Shown: positions 25,654 to 37,538, numbered from the stretch's first letter. The stretch: DNA of 55,234 bases from Candidatus Omnitrophota bacterium (GCA_043807505.1 JAZDFW010000066.1:1-55234), one strand, 5' to 3'. Notes: generated by a model not told the origin, from the sequence alone. Program-made: numbers and translations.

Positions 25654-27621
25654 ATGCCTAATTTTAAACTAATCTCAAAATATAAGCCCTGCGGCGACCA
25701 GCCAAAAGCGATCCTTGAGCTAGTTAATGCGGTTTCTTCAGGAAAAAAATACCTTACATTGTTAGGGGTTACCGGTTCCGGAAAAACCTTTACTATGGCA
25801 AATGCGATTGCCAAATTAAATCTTCCAACGCTGGTAATTTCCCATAACAAAACCTTAGCTGCCCAATTATATTCGGAATTCAAAGAATTCTTTCCTGGAA
25901 ATGCTATTGAATATTTTGTTAGCTATTACGACTATTACCAACCAGAGGCATATATCCCTTCAACCGACACTTATATAGAAAAAGATTCTTCTATTAACGA
26001 GACGCTTGATAGGCTAAGGCTCTCTAGCACTACTTCATTAATGAGCCGTCGGGATGTTATTATTATTGCATCTGTTTCCTGCATTTACAATTTAGGCAGT
26101 CCGGATGATTACCGTCAGACGCTTGTTTTTATTAAAAAAGGCGAGGTGTTTTCCCGCGAAGAAATCATTTTAAAATTAATCCAGATACAATACCAAAGGA
26201 ATGACTATGAGTTTACAAGAGGTAAGATTAGGGTAAGAGGAGATACCGTGGAAGTATTTCCTCCTTATCAACAAAAGGCTCTGCGCATAGAATTTTTACT
26301 TGATAAAATTGAGAAAATCTCAGAGATAAACCCTGTTTCCGGGGAAGTTTCCTGCGAACTCCAACAGGCGGCTTTATATCCTGCTAAGCATTTTATTGTT
26401 TCGCATGATTTAATAGAGCAAGCAACTAAATCAATTTCCCTGGAATTAGAAGAACAACTTAAAATTTTAAAGAGTAAAAATAAGCTATTGGAAGCACAAC
26501 GCCTTGAATCGCGGACAAAGTATGATTTAGAGATGCTCAAAGAAATTGGATACTGCCATGGAATCGAAAATTACTCGCGCCATCTTTCTTTAAGGCCCCC
26601 GGGATCCCGGCCTTACGCCATGATTGATTATTTTCAAGGCGATTTCCTTACTATTATCGACGAATCACATGTAACCATACCGCAAATCAGAGGGATGTAC
26701 GAAGGCGACCGCGCCAGAAAACAAGTGCTAATCGAATACGGTTTCCGGCTTCCTTCATGCTTAGATAATCGTCCTTTGAAATTCAATGAATTTGAATTAA
26801 TGATTAAACAGGCCGTTTTTGTGTCTGCTACTCCTAGTGAATATGAGATTAAAAAAAGTGGAAGTAAGGTAATTGAGCAAATTATCCGGCCAACTGGATT
26901 AATAGACCCCGTAATTATCGTTAAACCAACCGAAAACCAGATTAAAGACTTAATAAAAGAGATAAAGCAGCGCGCAAAAAATAAAGAAAGAATACTAGTA
27001 ACAACGCTTACCAAAAGAATGTCTGAAGATTTAACTAACTATTTACAAGAACATAATTTAAAGGTAAAATATTTACATTCTGAAATTCAGACAATTGCCC
27101 GGTCCAAAATCTTAAAGGAATTAAGACAGGGCGATTTTGATTGTCTCGTCGGAATCAACCTTTTAAGGGAAGGCCTGGATTTACCGGAAGTTTCGCTTGT
27201 AGCAATTCTGGATGCTGATAAAGAAGGATTTTTGCGCTCAGCCACAAGTTTAATCCAGGTCTCAGGCCGCGCAGCCCGTAATATTAACGGTACCGTAATT
27301 ATGTACGCGGATTCGGTCACCGGCTCCATGAAAAAAGCAATTAGCGAAAGTAATCGCAGGAGAAAAATACAATTAGAATTTAATATGAAAAATAAAATTA
27401 GCCCTCGCTCAATCCAAAAAGCAATTAATGTCGGTATTGAAGGCTTGCTTGAGGCAGAAAAATTTGTCATAGGCCTAACCGGAGAAAATATCCAGGAGTA
27501 TGAATTAAATAAATATATATCCGAGTTAGAACTTGATATGGAACTTGCTGCCCGAAATTTACAGTTTGAAAAAGCAGCCGCGCTAAGAGACAAAATAAAA
27601 GAAATAAAAAAAGGGTTTTAA
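25654..27621 (+). CDS. uvrB: Excinuclease ABC subunit B
   Basis: [32 protein letters not shown]-terminal UVR. Confidence 0.98.
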   Translation: MPNFKLISKYKPCGDQPKAILELVNAVSSGKKYLTLLGVTGSGKTFTMANAIAKLNLPTLVISHNKTLAAQLYSEFKEFFPGNAIEYFVSYYDYYQPEAYIPSTDTYIEKDSSINETLDRLRLSSTTSLMSRRDVIIIASVSCIYNLGSPDDYRQTLVFIKKGEVFSREEIILKLIQIQYQRNDYEFTRGKIRVRGDTVEVFPPYQQKALRIEFLLDKIEKISEINPVSGEVSCELQQAALYPAKHFIVSHDLIEQATKSISLELEEQLKILKSKNKLLEAQRLESRTKYDLEMLKEIGYCHGIENYSRHLSLRPPGSRPYAMIDYFQGDFLTIIDESHVTIPQIRGMYEGDRARKQVLIEYGFRLPSCLDNRPLKFNEFELMIKQAVFVSATPSEYEIKKSGSKVIEQIIRPTGLIDPVIIVKPTENQIKDLIKEIKQRAKNKERILVTTLTKRMSEDLTNYLQEHNLKVKYLHSEIQTIARSKILKELRQGDFDCLVGINLLREGLDLPEVSLVAILDADKEGFLRSATSLIQVSGRAARNINGTVIMYADSVTGSMKKAISESNRRRKIQLEFNMKNKISPRSIQKAINVGIEGLLEAEKFVIGLTGENIQEYELNKYISELELDMELAARNLQFEKAAALRDKIKEIKKGF

Positions 27622-27626
27622 AGAAT

Positions 27627-28367
27627 ATGCTGCTAGCCATTGATATCGGAAATACCAATATTAGTTTTGGGGTATTCAGGGGAAATAGAATTATAAAAAG
27701 ATTTAATATCCCGACAAGAGAAGTTATCCACAGCCGTAGGGGACGTTTAAACGTCCCCTACGGAAAGTTAATAAATGACGCGATTATTTGCAGCGTTGTT
27801 CCTGAAGCAACAAAAATCATAGAAAGAGGACTGAAGCCGCTTATTAAAATAAAACCGTATATTTTGGGGAAAAATGTTTCTGTGCCGATAAAGAATCTTT
27901 ACCGCAAGCCATCACAAGTAGGACAAGACCGATTAGTAAATGCTTATGCGGGGCTTACCCTCTATGGCGCTCCGTTAGTTGTAGTTGATTTCGGCACTGC
28001 AATTACTTTTGATGTTATTTCTAAAAATGGGGCGTATTTAGGAGGCATGATCTTACCGGGATTAAGAATATCTTTGGCCGCGCTTTCCCAGCAAACAGCT
28101 TTATTACCTCTGGTAAAATTATGCAACCCAAAGGAATTAATCGGGCGAGACACGAAGTACAGTATTTTAAGCGGGATTATTTACGGATACGCGGCGCTTA
28201 CTGATGGCATGATTGGAAAAATAAAAAGAAAAATCGGTAAAAACGCATTGGTAATCAGCACCGGAGGCAATGCAAACTTAGTTAGTAAATACTGCACAGA
28301 GATCACTAAAATTGACGGTGATTTAACACTAATGGGCCTAAATTTCATTTACCGAAATCTCGTTTGA
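27627..28367 (+). CDS. coaX: Type III pantothenate kinase
   Basis: IDIGNT, GQDR, VVDFGTA, GGMILPG, TGG. Confidence 0.95.
   Translation: MLLAIDIGNTNISFGVFRGNRIIKRFNIPTREVIHSRRGRLNVPYGKLINDAIICSVVPEATKIIERGLKPLIKIKPYILGKNVSVPIKNLYRKPSQVGQDRLVNAYAGLTLYGAPLVVVDFGTAITFDVISKNGAYLGGMILPGLRISLAALSQQTALLPLVKLCNPKELIGRDTKYSILSGIIYGYAALTDGMIGKIKRKIGKNALVISTGGNANLVSKYCTEITKIDGDLTLMGLNFIYRNLV
27734..27763. repeat. Perfect 30-bp GTAG-footed palindrome inside coaX
   Basis: CCGTAGGGGACGTTTAAACGTCCCCTACGG is its own reverse complement. Confidence 0.9.
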
Positions 28368-28387
28368 TTATTTTTTTTAAAAAACTC

Positions 28388-28415
28388 TTGACAAAATTTT
28401 TTTTTATTTTATAAT
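28388..28415 (+). promoter_or_regulatory. Sigma70-type promoter of groESL
   Basis: TTGACA-16 bp-TATAAT. Confidence 0.85.
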
Positions 28416-28441
28416 TAGCACTCTTGGGTGTAGAGTGCTAA
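28415..28441. promoter_or_regulatory. CIRCE operator (HrcA site)
   Basis: Exact TTAGCACTC-N9-GAGTGCTAA upstream of groES. Confidence 0.97.
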
Positions 28442-28472
28442 AATCAACCAATGTACATAAGGAGGTGTAGTA

Positions 28473-28763
28473 ATGGAGATTAAACCATTAGGAGACAGAG
28501 TGGTGGTAGAACCTTTAGAGGCAGAAAATAAGACTAAGGGCGGCATAGTGATACCTGATACTGCTAAAGAAAAACCACAAGAGGGTAAAGTCGTAGCAGT
28601 GGGAAAAGGTAAAATTTTAGACAGTGGAACACTGCAGGCTTTAGAGGTAAAGGTCGGGGATAAGATCTTATACGGGAAATATTCCGGCAATGAGATTACC
28701 ACTAAAGAAGGCCAGGAATTATTGATTATGCGCGAAGATGACATATTAGCGATAATTAAATAA
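28473..28763 (+). CDS. groES: Co-chaperonin GroES
   Basis: [22 protein letters not shown]. Confidence 0.98.
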   Translation: MEIKPLGDRVVVEPLEAENKTKGGIVIPDTAKEKPQEGKVVAVGKGKILDSGTLQALEVKVGDKILYGKYSGNEITTKEGQELLIMREDDILAIIK

Positions 28764-28807
28764 TAGGGTGTAGAAGTTTATTTTTATTATTAAAGGAGGA
28801 AGTAACA

Positions 28808-30445
28808 ATGGCAAAAATATTATTGTACAGTGATGAAGCGCGCCGAAAGATCTTAAGCGGCGTAGAGCAGTTAGCCGCTGCGGTCAAGATAACTTTAGGG
28901 CCAAAAGGCCGCAATGTTGTAATTGATAAAAAATTCGGTTCCCCTACAATCACTAAAGACGGTGTCACCGTAGCAAAAGAAATTGAATTAGAAGACCCAT
29001 TTGAAAATATGGGCGCGCAGATGGTTAAAGAAGTAGCTGAAAAAACTTCTGATATCGCTGGTGACGGAACTACAACCGCTACTGTTTTAGCTGAAGCGAT
29101 TTATCGCGAAGGCTTAAAGAACGTTACTGCCGGGGCAAACCCTATGGCATTAAAACGCGGCATTGAAAAAGCAGTCGAGAAAGTCGTTGAAGAATTAGGC
29201 AAACTTTCTACGCCTATAAAAGATAAAAAAGAAATCGCGCAAGTTGCTTCTATCGCGGCAAACGCCGATACCACTATCGGTGAATTAATTGCCGAAGCAA
29301 TGGATAAAGTAGGTAAAGATGGTGTAATTACAGTTGAAGAGGCAAAATCAACTGCCACTACCTTAGATTTAGTTGAAGGTATGCAGTTTGATCAAGGTTA
29401 TTTATCGCCTTATTTTGTCACTGACGCGGAGAGAATGGAAGTGCTTTTGGAAGACCCGTTTATCTTAATCTATGAGAAAAAAATATCTTCAATAAAAGAT
29501 ATTTTACCTTTATTAGAAAAAATAGCCCGTGCCGGAAAACCACTTTTAATTATCGCGGAAGAGGTTGATGGAGAGGCATTAGCAACTTTAGTTGTCAATA
29601 AAATTCGCGGGACATTTGTCGCCTGCGCGGTAAAAGCTCCTGGTTATGGCGATAGGCGTAAAGCCATGTTGGAAGACATCTCTGTTTTAACCGGCGGTAA
29701 AGCTATAACTGAAGAGTTAGGCATAAAGTTGGAGAATATTGAAATTGAAGATTTAGGGCGCGCCAAAAAAGTAAAAATTGACAAAGAAAATACCACATTG
29801 GTTGAAGGCGCGGGCAAATCAACCGCGATTAATGCCAGGATTGCCCAACTCAAAAAGCAGATCGAAAGTACGGATTCTGATTACGATAAAGAAAAACTTC
29901 AAGAACGCTTGGCCAAACTTTCAGGCGGAGTCGCGGTAATCAATGTAGGCGCTGCTACCGAAACCGAAATGAAAGAAAAAAAGGCCAGGGTTGAAGATGC
30001 GCTTCATGCAACTCGCGCTGCATCCCAGGAAGGTATCGTGCCTGGAGGCGGAGTAGCATTTATCCGCACCATACCCGCTTTAGACAAGATAAAAGCCGAA
30101 GGTGATGAAAAAATCGGCATACAAATCGTCAGGCGCGCGATTGAAGAACCTTTAAGAATAATTGCCCAAAACGCAGGCCTTGAAGGCTCAGTTGTAGTGC
30201 AGAGAATTAAAACTGAAAAAACCAATGTAGGATACGATGTATCCCAAGACGCATATGTGGATATGATTGAAGCAGGCGTAATCGATCCAACAAAGGTAAC
30301 TCGTTCAGCCTTACAAAATGCTGCCAGCATCGCAGCCTTATTACTTACCACTGAAACATTAATCGCTGATAAACCGGAAAAAGAGGATAAAATGCCGGCT
30401 ATGCCAGGTGGTGGTATGGGGGGCGGTATGGGAGGAATGTATTAA
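28808..30445 (+). CDS. groEL: Chaperonin GroEL
   Basis: [17 protein letters not shown] tail. Confidence 0.99.
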   Translation: MAKILLYSDEARRKILSGVEQLAAAVKITLGPKGRNVVIDKKFGSPTITKDGVTVAKEIELEDPFENMGAQMVKEVAEKTSDIAGDGTTTATVLAEAIYREGLKNVTAGANPMALKRGIEKAVEKVVEELGKLSTPIKDKKEIAQVASIAANADTTIGELIAEAMDKVGKDGVITVEEAKSTATTLDLVEGMQFDQGYLSPYFVTDAERMEVLLEDPFILIYEKKISSIKDILPLLEKIARAGKPLLIIAEEVDGEALATLVVNKIRGTFVACAVKAPGYGDRRKAMLEDISVLTGGKAITEELGIKLENIEIEDLGRAKKVKIDKENTTLVEGAGKSTAINARIAQLKKQIESTDSDYDKEKLQERLAKLSGGVAVINVGAATETEMKEKKARVEDALHATRAASQEGIVPGGGVAFIRTIPALDKIKAEGDEKIGIQIVRRAIEEPLRIIAQNAGLEGSVVVQRIKTEKTNVGYDVSQDAYVDMIEAGVIDPTKVTRSALQNAASIAALLLTTETLIADKPEKEDKMPAMPGGGMGGGMGGMY

Positions 30446-30474
30446 ACAACAAGTAGTTAGCAGCAAGTAAACAC

Positions 30475-30505
30475 TAGGGACGTTTCTCTTTGAGAAACGT
30501 CCCTA
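30475..30505. terminator. 14-bp stem-loop after groEL (terminator or REP-like)
   Basis: TAGGGACGTTTCTC-TTT-GAGAAACGTCCCTA; weak U-tract. Confidence 0.55.
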
Positions 30506-30506
30506 T

Positions 30507-30657
30507 TAGCAATGTAGACGCTGTAGCAATGTAGACGCTGTATATAAGTATTTGTAAATAAAAAACATACAGATATAATCTTTTTTTGTAATGAAAATTA
30601 TGGGAAGTATTAATTACATAAGTTCTTGTTATTGTTATAGTTTTATACAGCGTCTAC
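30507..30657. repeat. 17-bp tandem duplication plus 14-bp inverted repeat enclosing an AT-rich spacer (MITE/REPIN-like)
   Basis: TAGCAATGTAGACGCTG x2 (30507-30540); GTAGACGCTGTATA (30531-30544) and TATACAGCGTCTAC (30644-30657). Confidence 0.7.
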
Positions 30658-30678
30658 GTTCCGTTCTTAAAAAAAACA

Positions 30679-30707
30679 TTGACAAGAAGCTAATCTTAGT
30701 GTAAAAT
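30679..30707 (+). promoter_or_regulatory. Sigma70-type promoter of guaB-guaA
   Basis: TTGACA-17 bp-TAAAAT. Confidence 0.75.
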
Positions 30708-30802
30708 TTACCATTCTTTCCAAAAATATGTCCTTATCAACAGATAAATTTCTATAACTTGTTGCTATTTAAAAGTTTATATTTTAGAAAGGGAAGTTAA
30801 AA

Positions 30803-31963
30803 ATGGCAGAATGGGTAGGTATAGGCAAACGAGCACGCAGATGTTATGGTTTTGATGAAATTGCCCTGGTTCCCGGGAATCAAACAGTCAATCCCTTAGA
30901 AGTTAATACGATTTTTGAAATTGCGGGAAGAAAATTCAGCGTTCCGATATTAGCAGCAGCCATGGACGGGGTCGTTGATGTAAAATTCGCTATTGAGATG
31001 TCGAAGTTAGGAGGCATTGCAGTGCTAAACCTCGATGGCATACAAACCCGTTACCAAAATCCCGAAGTAGTATTAGAAAAGATCGCAGGAGCCAGCCCTG
31101 AAAAAACCACTCAATTAATCCAATCCGTATACACTAAACCAATAAAAGAACAACTTATCTCTGAAAGAATTAAAGAGATAAAAAGCAAAAAAGCTACCGC
31201 TGTCGTAAGTTGTATCCCTGCTCACGCCGAAAGATATTCTAAGATCGCTATTGAGGCTAAGGCAGACATATTTGTGGTGCAAAGCACAGTTACTACAACA
31301 AAACATATTTCCAGGGAATATAAAAGCCTTGACTTAGCTAAATTTTGTAAATCTGTAAAAATCCCCGTGATTCTTGGAAATTGCGTAACTTATGAAATAA
31401 GCCTGGAATTAATGGATGTAGGAGCTTCAGGCTTACTAATCGGTGTAGGGCCTGGCGCTGCTTGCACGACCCGAGGTGTCTTAGGAATTGGCGTGCCTCA
31501 GGTAACCGCAACTGTTGATGCCGCGGCTGCCCGTGATTTTTATCATAAGCGCAGCGGAAGATACATCCCGATTATTACAGACGGCGGAATGAATCGCGGA
31601 GGGGATATTTGTAAAGCCTTTGCTTGCGGTGCTGATGCGGTAATGATTGGTTCAAGTTTTGCCCATGCAAAAGAAGCGCCCGGAAAAGGGTATCATTGGG
31701 GCATGGCTACCTCTCACGTCAACCTGCCGCGTGGCACGCGTATCCGCGTAGGTACTACCGGTACGTTAAAAGAAATTTTGTTTGGGCCTGCAAAAGTCGA
31801 CGATGGCTCACAAAATTTAATGGGCGCATTAAAAACATCAATGGGATCTTTAGGCGCGGAAAACTTAAAACAAATGCATGATGTAGAAATAATTATCGCA
31901 CCTTCAATCCAGACGGAAGGAAAAATCTTCCAGGTCGGACAACGGGTGGGAATGGGAAAATGA
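30803..31963 (+). CDS. guaB: IMP dehydrogenase-related protein, GuaB3 family (no CBS pair)
   Basis: [36 protein letters not shown]; adjacent to guaA. Confidence 0.88.
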   Translation: MAEWVGIGKRARRCYGFDEIALVPGNQTVNPLEVNTIFEIAGRKFSVPILAAAMDGVVDVKFAIEMSKLGGIAVLNLDGIQTRYQNPEVVLEKIAGASPEKTTQLIQSVYTKPIKEQLISERIKEIKSKKATAVVSCIPAHAERYSKIAIEAKADIFVVQSTVTTTKHISREYKSLDLAKFCKSVKIPVILGNCVTYEISLELMDVGASGLLIGVGPGAACTTRGVLGIGVPQVTATVDAAAARDFYHKRSGRYIPIITDGGMNRGGDICKAFACGADAVMIGSSFAHAKEAPGKGYHWGMATSHVNLPRGTRIRVGTTGTLKEILFGPAKVDDGSQNLMGALKTSMGSLGAENLKQMHDVEIIIAPSIQTEGKIFQVGQRVGMGK

Positions 31964-33582
31964 AGCGGCAATTTAACCAAAGGCTTAAAAGGCGCAGGTT
32001 TGGGACGCGGAGTATAAAAAAACAAGGGTTAAAGAGCCCTGCGGCCAGGCAAACAATTTATATTTTAGATTTCGGCTCGCAATATACACAGTTAATCGCC
32101 CGTAGAGTTAGAGAAAATAAAGTTTTTTCTAAAATTATACCTTTTAACACTCCGGCAAATGAAATTGCCGCACTTAACCCAAAAGGATTAATTCTTTCAG
32201 GCGGCCCTGCATCGGTAACCGCAAAAAAGAGCCCTTACCCCGATAAAGGTATATTTAAATTAGGCGTCCCCATATTAGGCATTTGCTACGGCATGCAGAT
32301 AATTACAGAAATGCTAGGTGGGAAAGTCAAACATACTAAATCGCGGGAATTCGGCAAGGCCGAATTATTCATTGATGATAACCGTGATTTATTTAGCCAC
32401 TTGCCGGGTAATTTTACCTGTTGGGCCAGCCACGGCGACTATGTGACTAAGATGCCCGCGGGATTTCAAGTTAGCGCCCATACCCTTAACTCACCGATTG
32501 CCGCGATTTCCAATAAAACAAAAAAAATCCACTGTGTACAGTTTCATCCCGAAGTAACCCATACCGATAAAGGCAATGATATTATCGGAAACTTTCTGTT
32601 TAAAATCTGTGGCTGCCTTTCCCGCTGGACAATGCAATCATTCATTAAAGAAAGCATGGAGAATACAAAAAAATTAGTCGGTAACGATAAGGTAGTCCTG
32701 GGCCTAAGCGGAGGAGTTGATTCAGCGGTAGCTGCAATCTTGATACATCGGGTCATCGGCAAAAATTTAAGATGTATTTTTATTGATAACGGCCTCTTGA
32801 GAAAAGATGAACCGCAGCAAATTAAAGAAGTTTTTCGCAATATGTATCATTTGAATTTAGACTATGTCGATAGAAGTAAAAAGTTTCTCTTGCGGCTTAA
32901 AGGCATCACTGATCCGGAAGAAAAAAGGAAAATTATCGGTGATGAATTTATAAAAACCTTTGAAGAGGAAGCGGCAAAAGTAAAGGGCGTAAAATTCTTA
33001 GGCCAAGGGACATTATATCCGGATGTGATAGAATCGATTTCTGTAACCGGCGCTCCGTCAAGCCGAATCAAAAGCCATCACAATGTCGGTGGCTTACCGG
33101 CACATATGAAATTAAAACTTATTGAACCGTTTAGAGACTTATTTAAAGATGAAGTGCGGCAAATCGGAAGAGAATTACACCTGCCTGAGAATATAATTAA
33201 CCGCCAGCCGTTTCCCGGGCCTGGCCTCGCTATCAGAATAATCGGCGAAATAACTCCTGATCGCCTTAACCTTTTACGCGAAACTGATCAGCGCGTATTC
33301 GAAGAAATTAAAAAAGCTAACCTATATGACCAAATCTGGCAGTCATTCGCGATTTTGTTACCCATAAAAAGTGTTGGTGTGATGGGAGACGAACGCACTT
33401 ATGAAAACGTCGTTGCTCTTCGATGCGTCACAAGCGTAGACGGCATGACCGCGGACTGGGCAAAAATCCCTTACGAAATATTAGAAAAAATCTCTAATCG
33501 CATTATCAATGAAGTCAATGGGGTAAATCGCGTGGTTTACGATATTAGCTCCAAGCCTCCTGCAACGATTGAATGGGAATGA
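31960..33582 (+). CDS. guaA: GMP synthase (glutamine-hydrolysing)
   Basis: [44 protein letters not shown]. Confidence 0.98.
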   Translation: MKRQFNQRLKRRRFGTRSIKKQGLKSPAARQTIYILDFGSQYTQLIARRVRENKVFSKIIPFNTPANEIAALNPKGLILSGGPASVTAKKSPYPDKGIFKLGVPILGICYGMQIITEMLGGKVKHTKSREFGKAELFIDDNRDLFSHLPGNFTCWASHGDYVTKMPAGFQVSAHTLNSPIAAISNKTKKIHCVQFHPEVTHTDKGNDIIGNFLFKICGCLSRWTMQSFIKESMENTKKLVGNDKVVLGLSGGVDSAVAAILIHRVIGKNLRCIFIDNGLLRKDEPQQIKEVFRNMYHLNLDYVDRSKKFLLRLKGITDPEEKRKIIGDEFIKTFEEEAAKVKGVKFLGQGTLYPDVIESISVTGAPSSRIKSHHNVGGLPAHMKLKLIEPFRDLFKDEVRQIGRELHLPENIINRQPFPGPGLAIRIIGEITPDRLNLLRETDQRVFEEIKKANLYDQIWQSFAILLPIKSVGVMGDERTYENVVALRCVTSVDGMTADWAKIPYEILEKISNRIINEVNGVNRVVYDISSKPPATIEWE

Positions 33583-33601
33583 TTTTAGAGTTTAGTAAAA
33601 T

Positions 33602-36600
33602 ATGCATCATTCTGAGTTTATCCACTTACACCTGCACACGCAATATTCTCTCCTTGACGGTGCCTGCCGTATTCATGAGTTATTGAATCTTTGTAACCAC
33701 TACAAAATGGACTCTTTGGCGATTACCGACCATGGTAATATGTTCGGGGCAATAGATTTCTATGTGGAAGCCCAGCGTGCGGGAATAAAACCAATTATCG
33801 GATGCGAAACTTATGTTGCGCCAAGGAGCCGCTTAGATAAAAGCTTACAAGCTAACCTTGAAGCTTCAAATCACCTTATTCTTTTAGCTAAAGATGAAAC
33901 TGGCTATAGAAATTTAATGAAATTGGTTTCTATTGGCTACCTAGAAGGTTTTTATTATAAACCGCGTATCGACAAAGAGGCCCTTTCCCAATACCATCAA
34001 GGGCTTATTGCTTCGACTGCCTGCCTTAGGGGAGAGATCCCTTCATTAATATTACAAAAGCGCTTCAACGACGCGTTAAAAGCTGCTGATGAATATGCGA
34101 ATATCTTAGGCAAGAATAATTTTTATCTTGAAATTCAGGAAAACTCAATCCCCGAACAAAAAATCGTTAATGAAGCAATAGTAAAAATTTCTCGAGAATT
34201 AAATCTTCCGTTAGTTGCCACTAATGACGTTCACTACTTAAATAAAGAGCACGCAAAAAGCCATGAAGCGCTTTTATGCATCCAAACACAAACCACCTTA
34301 GGAGATCCTAATCGCTTAAAGCTGCAAACAGAGGAATTTTATTTCAAGCCCCCTCAAGAAATGAAAAGGCTTTTCGCTAGTTACCCCGACGCCATTAACA
34401 ATACCTTAGAGATTGCCTCCAGGTGCAACCTCGAATTAGATTTCTCTTCTTTACACCTGCCAAAATACGATCCGCCCAACGGAAAAACAAAAGAAGAATT
34501 TTTAAGAGACCTCTGCGGCGAAGGTTTAAAAAGAAGATTCGGCACAGCTAATTCCGCTGCTTGTGACCGCCTGGAATTTGAATTAAATGTAATCAAAAAC
34601 ATGGGCTATACCAGCTATTTTTTAATTGTCTGGGACTTTATCCATTATGCAAAAAGTATAGGCATCCCTGTGGGGCCGGGCAGAGGAAGCGCTGCTGGAA
34701 GTTTAGTGAGTTATTTATTAGGTATCACAGATATAAATCCCTTAAAATATGGTTTACTATTCGAAAGATTCTTAAATCCCGAACGCTTGGGCCTACCTGA
34801 TATTGATATAGATTTTTGCTATGAAAGAAGGCCGGAAGTTATTGATTACGTCACTAAGAAATATGGGCGGGAAAACGTAGCGCAAATCATTACTTTTGGA
34901 ACCATGCAGGCGCGCGCGGTTATACGAGATGTTGGAAGAGTAATGGGGATGCCCTATGCGGACGTTGACCGCATTGCAAAATTGATACCACAAGATCCAA
35001 ATATTACTTTAAAAGAAGCAATCAATGAAGTCGAAATTAACACTCTTTACAAGACCGATAGCGAAATCAAAAAACTGCTTGATACTGCCATGTCTTTGGA
35101 AGGCTTAAACCGCCACGCCTCAATTCATGCCGCGGGTGTGGTAATTTCGGATAAACCGCTTGATAATTATAGCCCATTATTTAAAACTAACGATGAACAG
35201 ATAACTACCGGCTACAGCATGAGCGCCTTGGATAAAATCGGGCTGTTAAAGATGGACTTTTTGGGGCTGCGCACTTTAACTGTAATTGACCAGGCCTTAA
35301 AGATAATCAAAGAGACGAAAAATTTAACTTTAGATATTGAAACTATCCCTCTTGATGACCCTAATACATATAAACTTTTTAGCTCATCTCAAACAATCGG
35401 CATCTTTCAGGTTGAAAGTTCCGGTATGCGGGATTTACTAAAAAAACTTGTTCCTGAGCGTTTCGAAGATTTAATTGCTTTACTGGCTTTATACCGTCCA
35501 GGCCCCATCGGCTCAGGAATGTTAGATGACTTTATGAAACGTAAACACGGCATCGTCCCGGTCAAATATGAGCATCCAAAGCTCGAGGCAATCCTAAAAG
35601 AAACTTACGGGATCATGGTCTATCAGGAACAGATCATGCAAATTGCATCAACTCTAGCGGGTTTTTCCCTGGCGCAAGCAGACCTGCTGCGTAAAGCAAT
35701 GGGAAAAAAGATCCCCGAGGTCATGGAAAAACAAAGAAAGAATTTTGTTTTAGGCTGTATCAATAACCAAATCAGAGAATCCCTGGCAAATAAAATTTTC
35801 GATTTAATCGAATACTTTTCCGGGTATGGTTTTAATAAATCCCACTCAGCTGCTTACGCATTAATTTCTTACCGCACCGCATTTTTAAAAGCAAACTATC
35901 CGGTTGAGTTTATGACAGCGTTACTCACATCAGAACGCAACAACACTGATAAAGTCGTTGAGTACGTAAATGAGGCTAATCGCATGGGGATTAAAATCCA
36001 GCCGCCGGACATAAATGAAAGCGACGCATTATTTAAGGTGATCAATGGTTCGGCTATTCGTTACGGGCTTTTGGCAGTCAAAAATGTCGGAACCGGCGCG
36101 ATTGAATCAATAACTGAACAAAGAAAAATTGGTTTATTCAATTCATTACAGCACTTATGTTCAAGCATTGATTTACGCCTGGTGAATAAAAAAGTCCTGG
36201 AAAGCTTAATCAAATGCGGCGCCCTGGATTCATTTAAGATGCCGCGCGCGCAAATGACTGCCAGTTTAGAAAAAATGCTGGAACATTCTTCGAAGACGCA
36301 AAGAGAGCGTTCAGCAGGACAACTGTCTTTTTTCGACCAGGGTTTGAGCAAGTTTGGCTTTAACAATACGCAAATTGAGTTACCGCAAGTAAAGGAATGG
36401 CCTGAACCGCAAATTTTGGCTTTTGAAAAAGACATGCTCGGTTTCTATGTAAGCGGGCATCCTTTAGCGCGCTATGCAAATCAATTAAAAAGATTCGCTT
36501 CTACCTCAACCTCAAAACTCTTGTTACATAAAGATGAAGAAGAGATAAAGCTAGTCAGCCTGATCGCCAAAATTAAACAAACAGTAACACGCGCTAAACA

Positions 36601-37033
36601 AGAAAAAATGGCGATATTAAAATTAGAGGACTTAGAAGGCGTAGTTGAGGCATTAGTATTTCCCAAAACCTTCCAGAAAGTTTCCCGCTATATCCTGCCC
36701 AACACAGTAGTATTAGTAAAAGGCATACTCAATCTCAAAGAAGATACGCCAAAGATCATCGTAAACGACATGATACCAATGGATGCAGTTTATAAATTAA
36801 TCAACGCAATCAATATTAATCTTACCGGAATGCAAGAAAATATATTTATCTCATTAAAAGAATTACTCTCAGCAAATAACGGACAGGTGCCGATTTACCT
36901 GCATCTGGATACGCCTGCTAAGGCCAAGGTACAATTAATTGTCGGGGAGAGCCTTTTTGTAAATCCGTCGGAGCAGCTTATCGGAAAAATCATTGATTTA
37001 CTGGGCGAAAACAGGTTATCGCTAATTTTATAG
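33602..37033 (+). CDS. dnaE: DNA polymerase III alpha subunit
   Basis: HLHLHTQYSLLDG PHP domain, GRGSAAGS, PDIDID, GYGFNKSHS, OB fold; no intein seen. Confidence 0.98.
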   Translation: MHHSEFIHLHLHTQYSLLDGACRIHELLNLCNHYKMDSLAITDHGNMFGAIDFYVEAQRAGIKPIIGCETYVAPRSRLDKSLQANLEASNHLILLAKDETGYRNLMKLVSIGYLEGFYYKPRIDKEALSQYHQGLIASTACLRGEIPSLILQKRFNDALKAADEYANILGKNNFYLEIQENSIPEQKIVNEAIVKISRELNLPLVATNDVHYLNKEHAKSHEALLCIQTQTTLGDPNRLKLQTEEFYFKPPQEMKRLFASYPDAINNTLEIASRCNLELDFSSLHLPKYDPPNGKTKEEFLRDLCGEGLKRRFGTANSAACDRLEFELNVIKNMGYTSYFLIVWDFIHYAKSIGIPVGPGRGSAAGSLVSYLLGITDINPLKYGLLFERFLNPERLGLPDIDIDFCYERRPEVIDYVTKKYGRENVAQIITFGTMQARAVIRDVGRVMGMPYADVDRIAKLIPQDPNITLKEAINEVEINTLYKTDSEIKKLLDTAMSLEGLNRHASIHAAGVVISDKPLDNYSPLFKTNDEQITTGYSMSALDKIGLLKMDFLGLRTLTVIDQALKIIKETKNLTLDIETIPLDDPNTYKLFSSSQTIGIFQVESSGMRDLLKKLVPERFEDLIALLALYRPGPIGSGMLDDFMKRKHGIVPVKYEHPKLEAILKETYGIMVYQEQIMQIASTLAGFSLAQADLLRKAMGKKIPEVMEKQRKNFVLGCINNQIRESLANKIFDLIEYFSGYGFNKSHSAAYALISYRTAFLKANYPVEFMTALLTSERNNTDKVVEYVNEANRMGIKIQPPDINESDALFKVINGSAIRYGLLAVKNVGTGAIESITEQRKIGLFNSLQHLCSSIDLRLVNKKVLESLIKCGALDSFKMPRAQMTASLEKMLEHSSKTQRERSAGQLSFFDQGLSKFGFNNTQIELPQVKEWPEPQILAFEKDMLGFYVSGHPLARYANQLKRFASTSTSKLLLHKDEEEIKLVSLIAKIKQTVTRAKQEKMAILKLEDLEGVVEALVFPKTFQKVSRYILPNTVVLVKGILNLKEDTPKIIVNDMIPMDAVYKLINAININLTGMQENIFISLKELLSANNGQVPIYLHLDTPAKAKVQLIVGESLFVNPSEQLIGKIIDLLGENRLSLIL

Positions 37034-37044
37034 GTTTGGGTTAA

Positions 37045-37437
37045 ATGATGCCACTAAAGCTAAAATTAATGTTTTTCTTTATTGTTTTGTGTTTCTGCGG
37101 CTGCTCTGAAAGTATTAATGCGCTAAAAACCTTTAGCCTTGACCAACAAGAAATGCAAAAATATGTAGAAGAACAAAAAACCCTTTTCCTCATCTTAAAA
37201 TCGGATATTGAGAATAATAAAATTGTGCCGGGAACACCAAAAGAGAAAATTCTTTTCGCCTACGGCACACCCACTATTTGCAGGCCAGATAAAGATAAAT
37301 CAGCCAAATTGGAAGTTTGCATTTACCGCCACCCCTTGCAGGGCATTGTAACTGACAAAATATATCTTTATTTTAACAAAGACGGCAATCTAAATTCCGC
37401 TTACTATTTACGTAACACTAAGCATGGCATTCAGTAA
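37045..37437 (+). CDS. Hypothetical lipoprotein
   Basis: Signal with FCGC lipobox-like site; GTPKEKIL..YGTP reminiscent of BamE/SmpA-like folds. Confidence 0.55.
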   Translation: MMPLKLKLMFFFIVLCFCGCSESINALKTFSLDQQEMQKYVEEQKTLFLILKSDIENNKIVPGTPKEKILFAYGTPTICRPDKDKSAKLEVCIYRHPLQGIVTDKIYLYFNKDGNLNSAYYLRNTKHGIQ

Positions 37438-37450
37438 GGAAAGTTTTCTC

Positions 37451-37479
37451 TTGACAGCATAAGTTTTTGATTATAACAT
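37451..37479 (+). promoter_or_regulatory. Sigma70-type promoter upstream of the HU gene
   Basis: TTGACA-17 bp-TAACAT. Confidence 0.6.
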
Positions 37480-37491
37480 AATAACAGTAAA

Positions 37492-37533
37492 AAATAAATA
37501 ATAAGCGCCAGAGGCATTATTTATTTAAGGAGG
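37492..37533 (+). repeat. 42-bp hairpin + Shine-Dalgarno cassette, copy 1
   Basis: AAATAAATAATAAGCGCCAGAGGCATTATTTATTTAAGGAGG; 41/42 identical to 44581-44622. Confidence 0.9.
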
Positions 37534-37538
37534 AAGTA

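Noticed and set aside
33602-37033. Intein in DnaE
   Set aside because: Length (1143 aa) and motif spacing are normal; no intein-like insertion seen.
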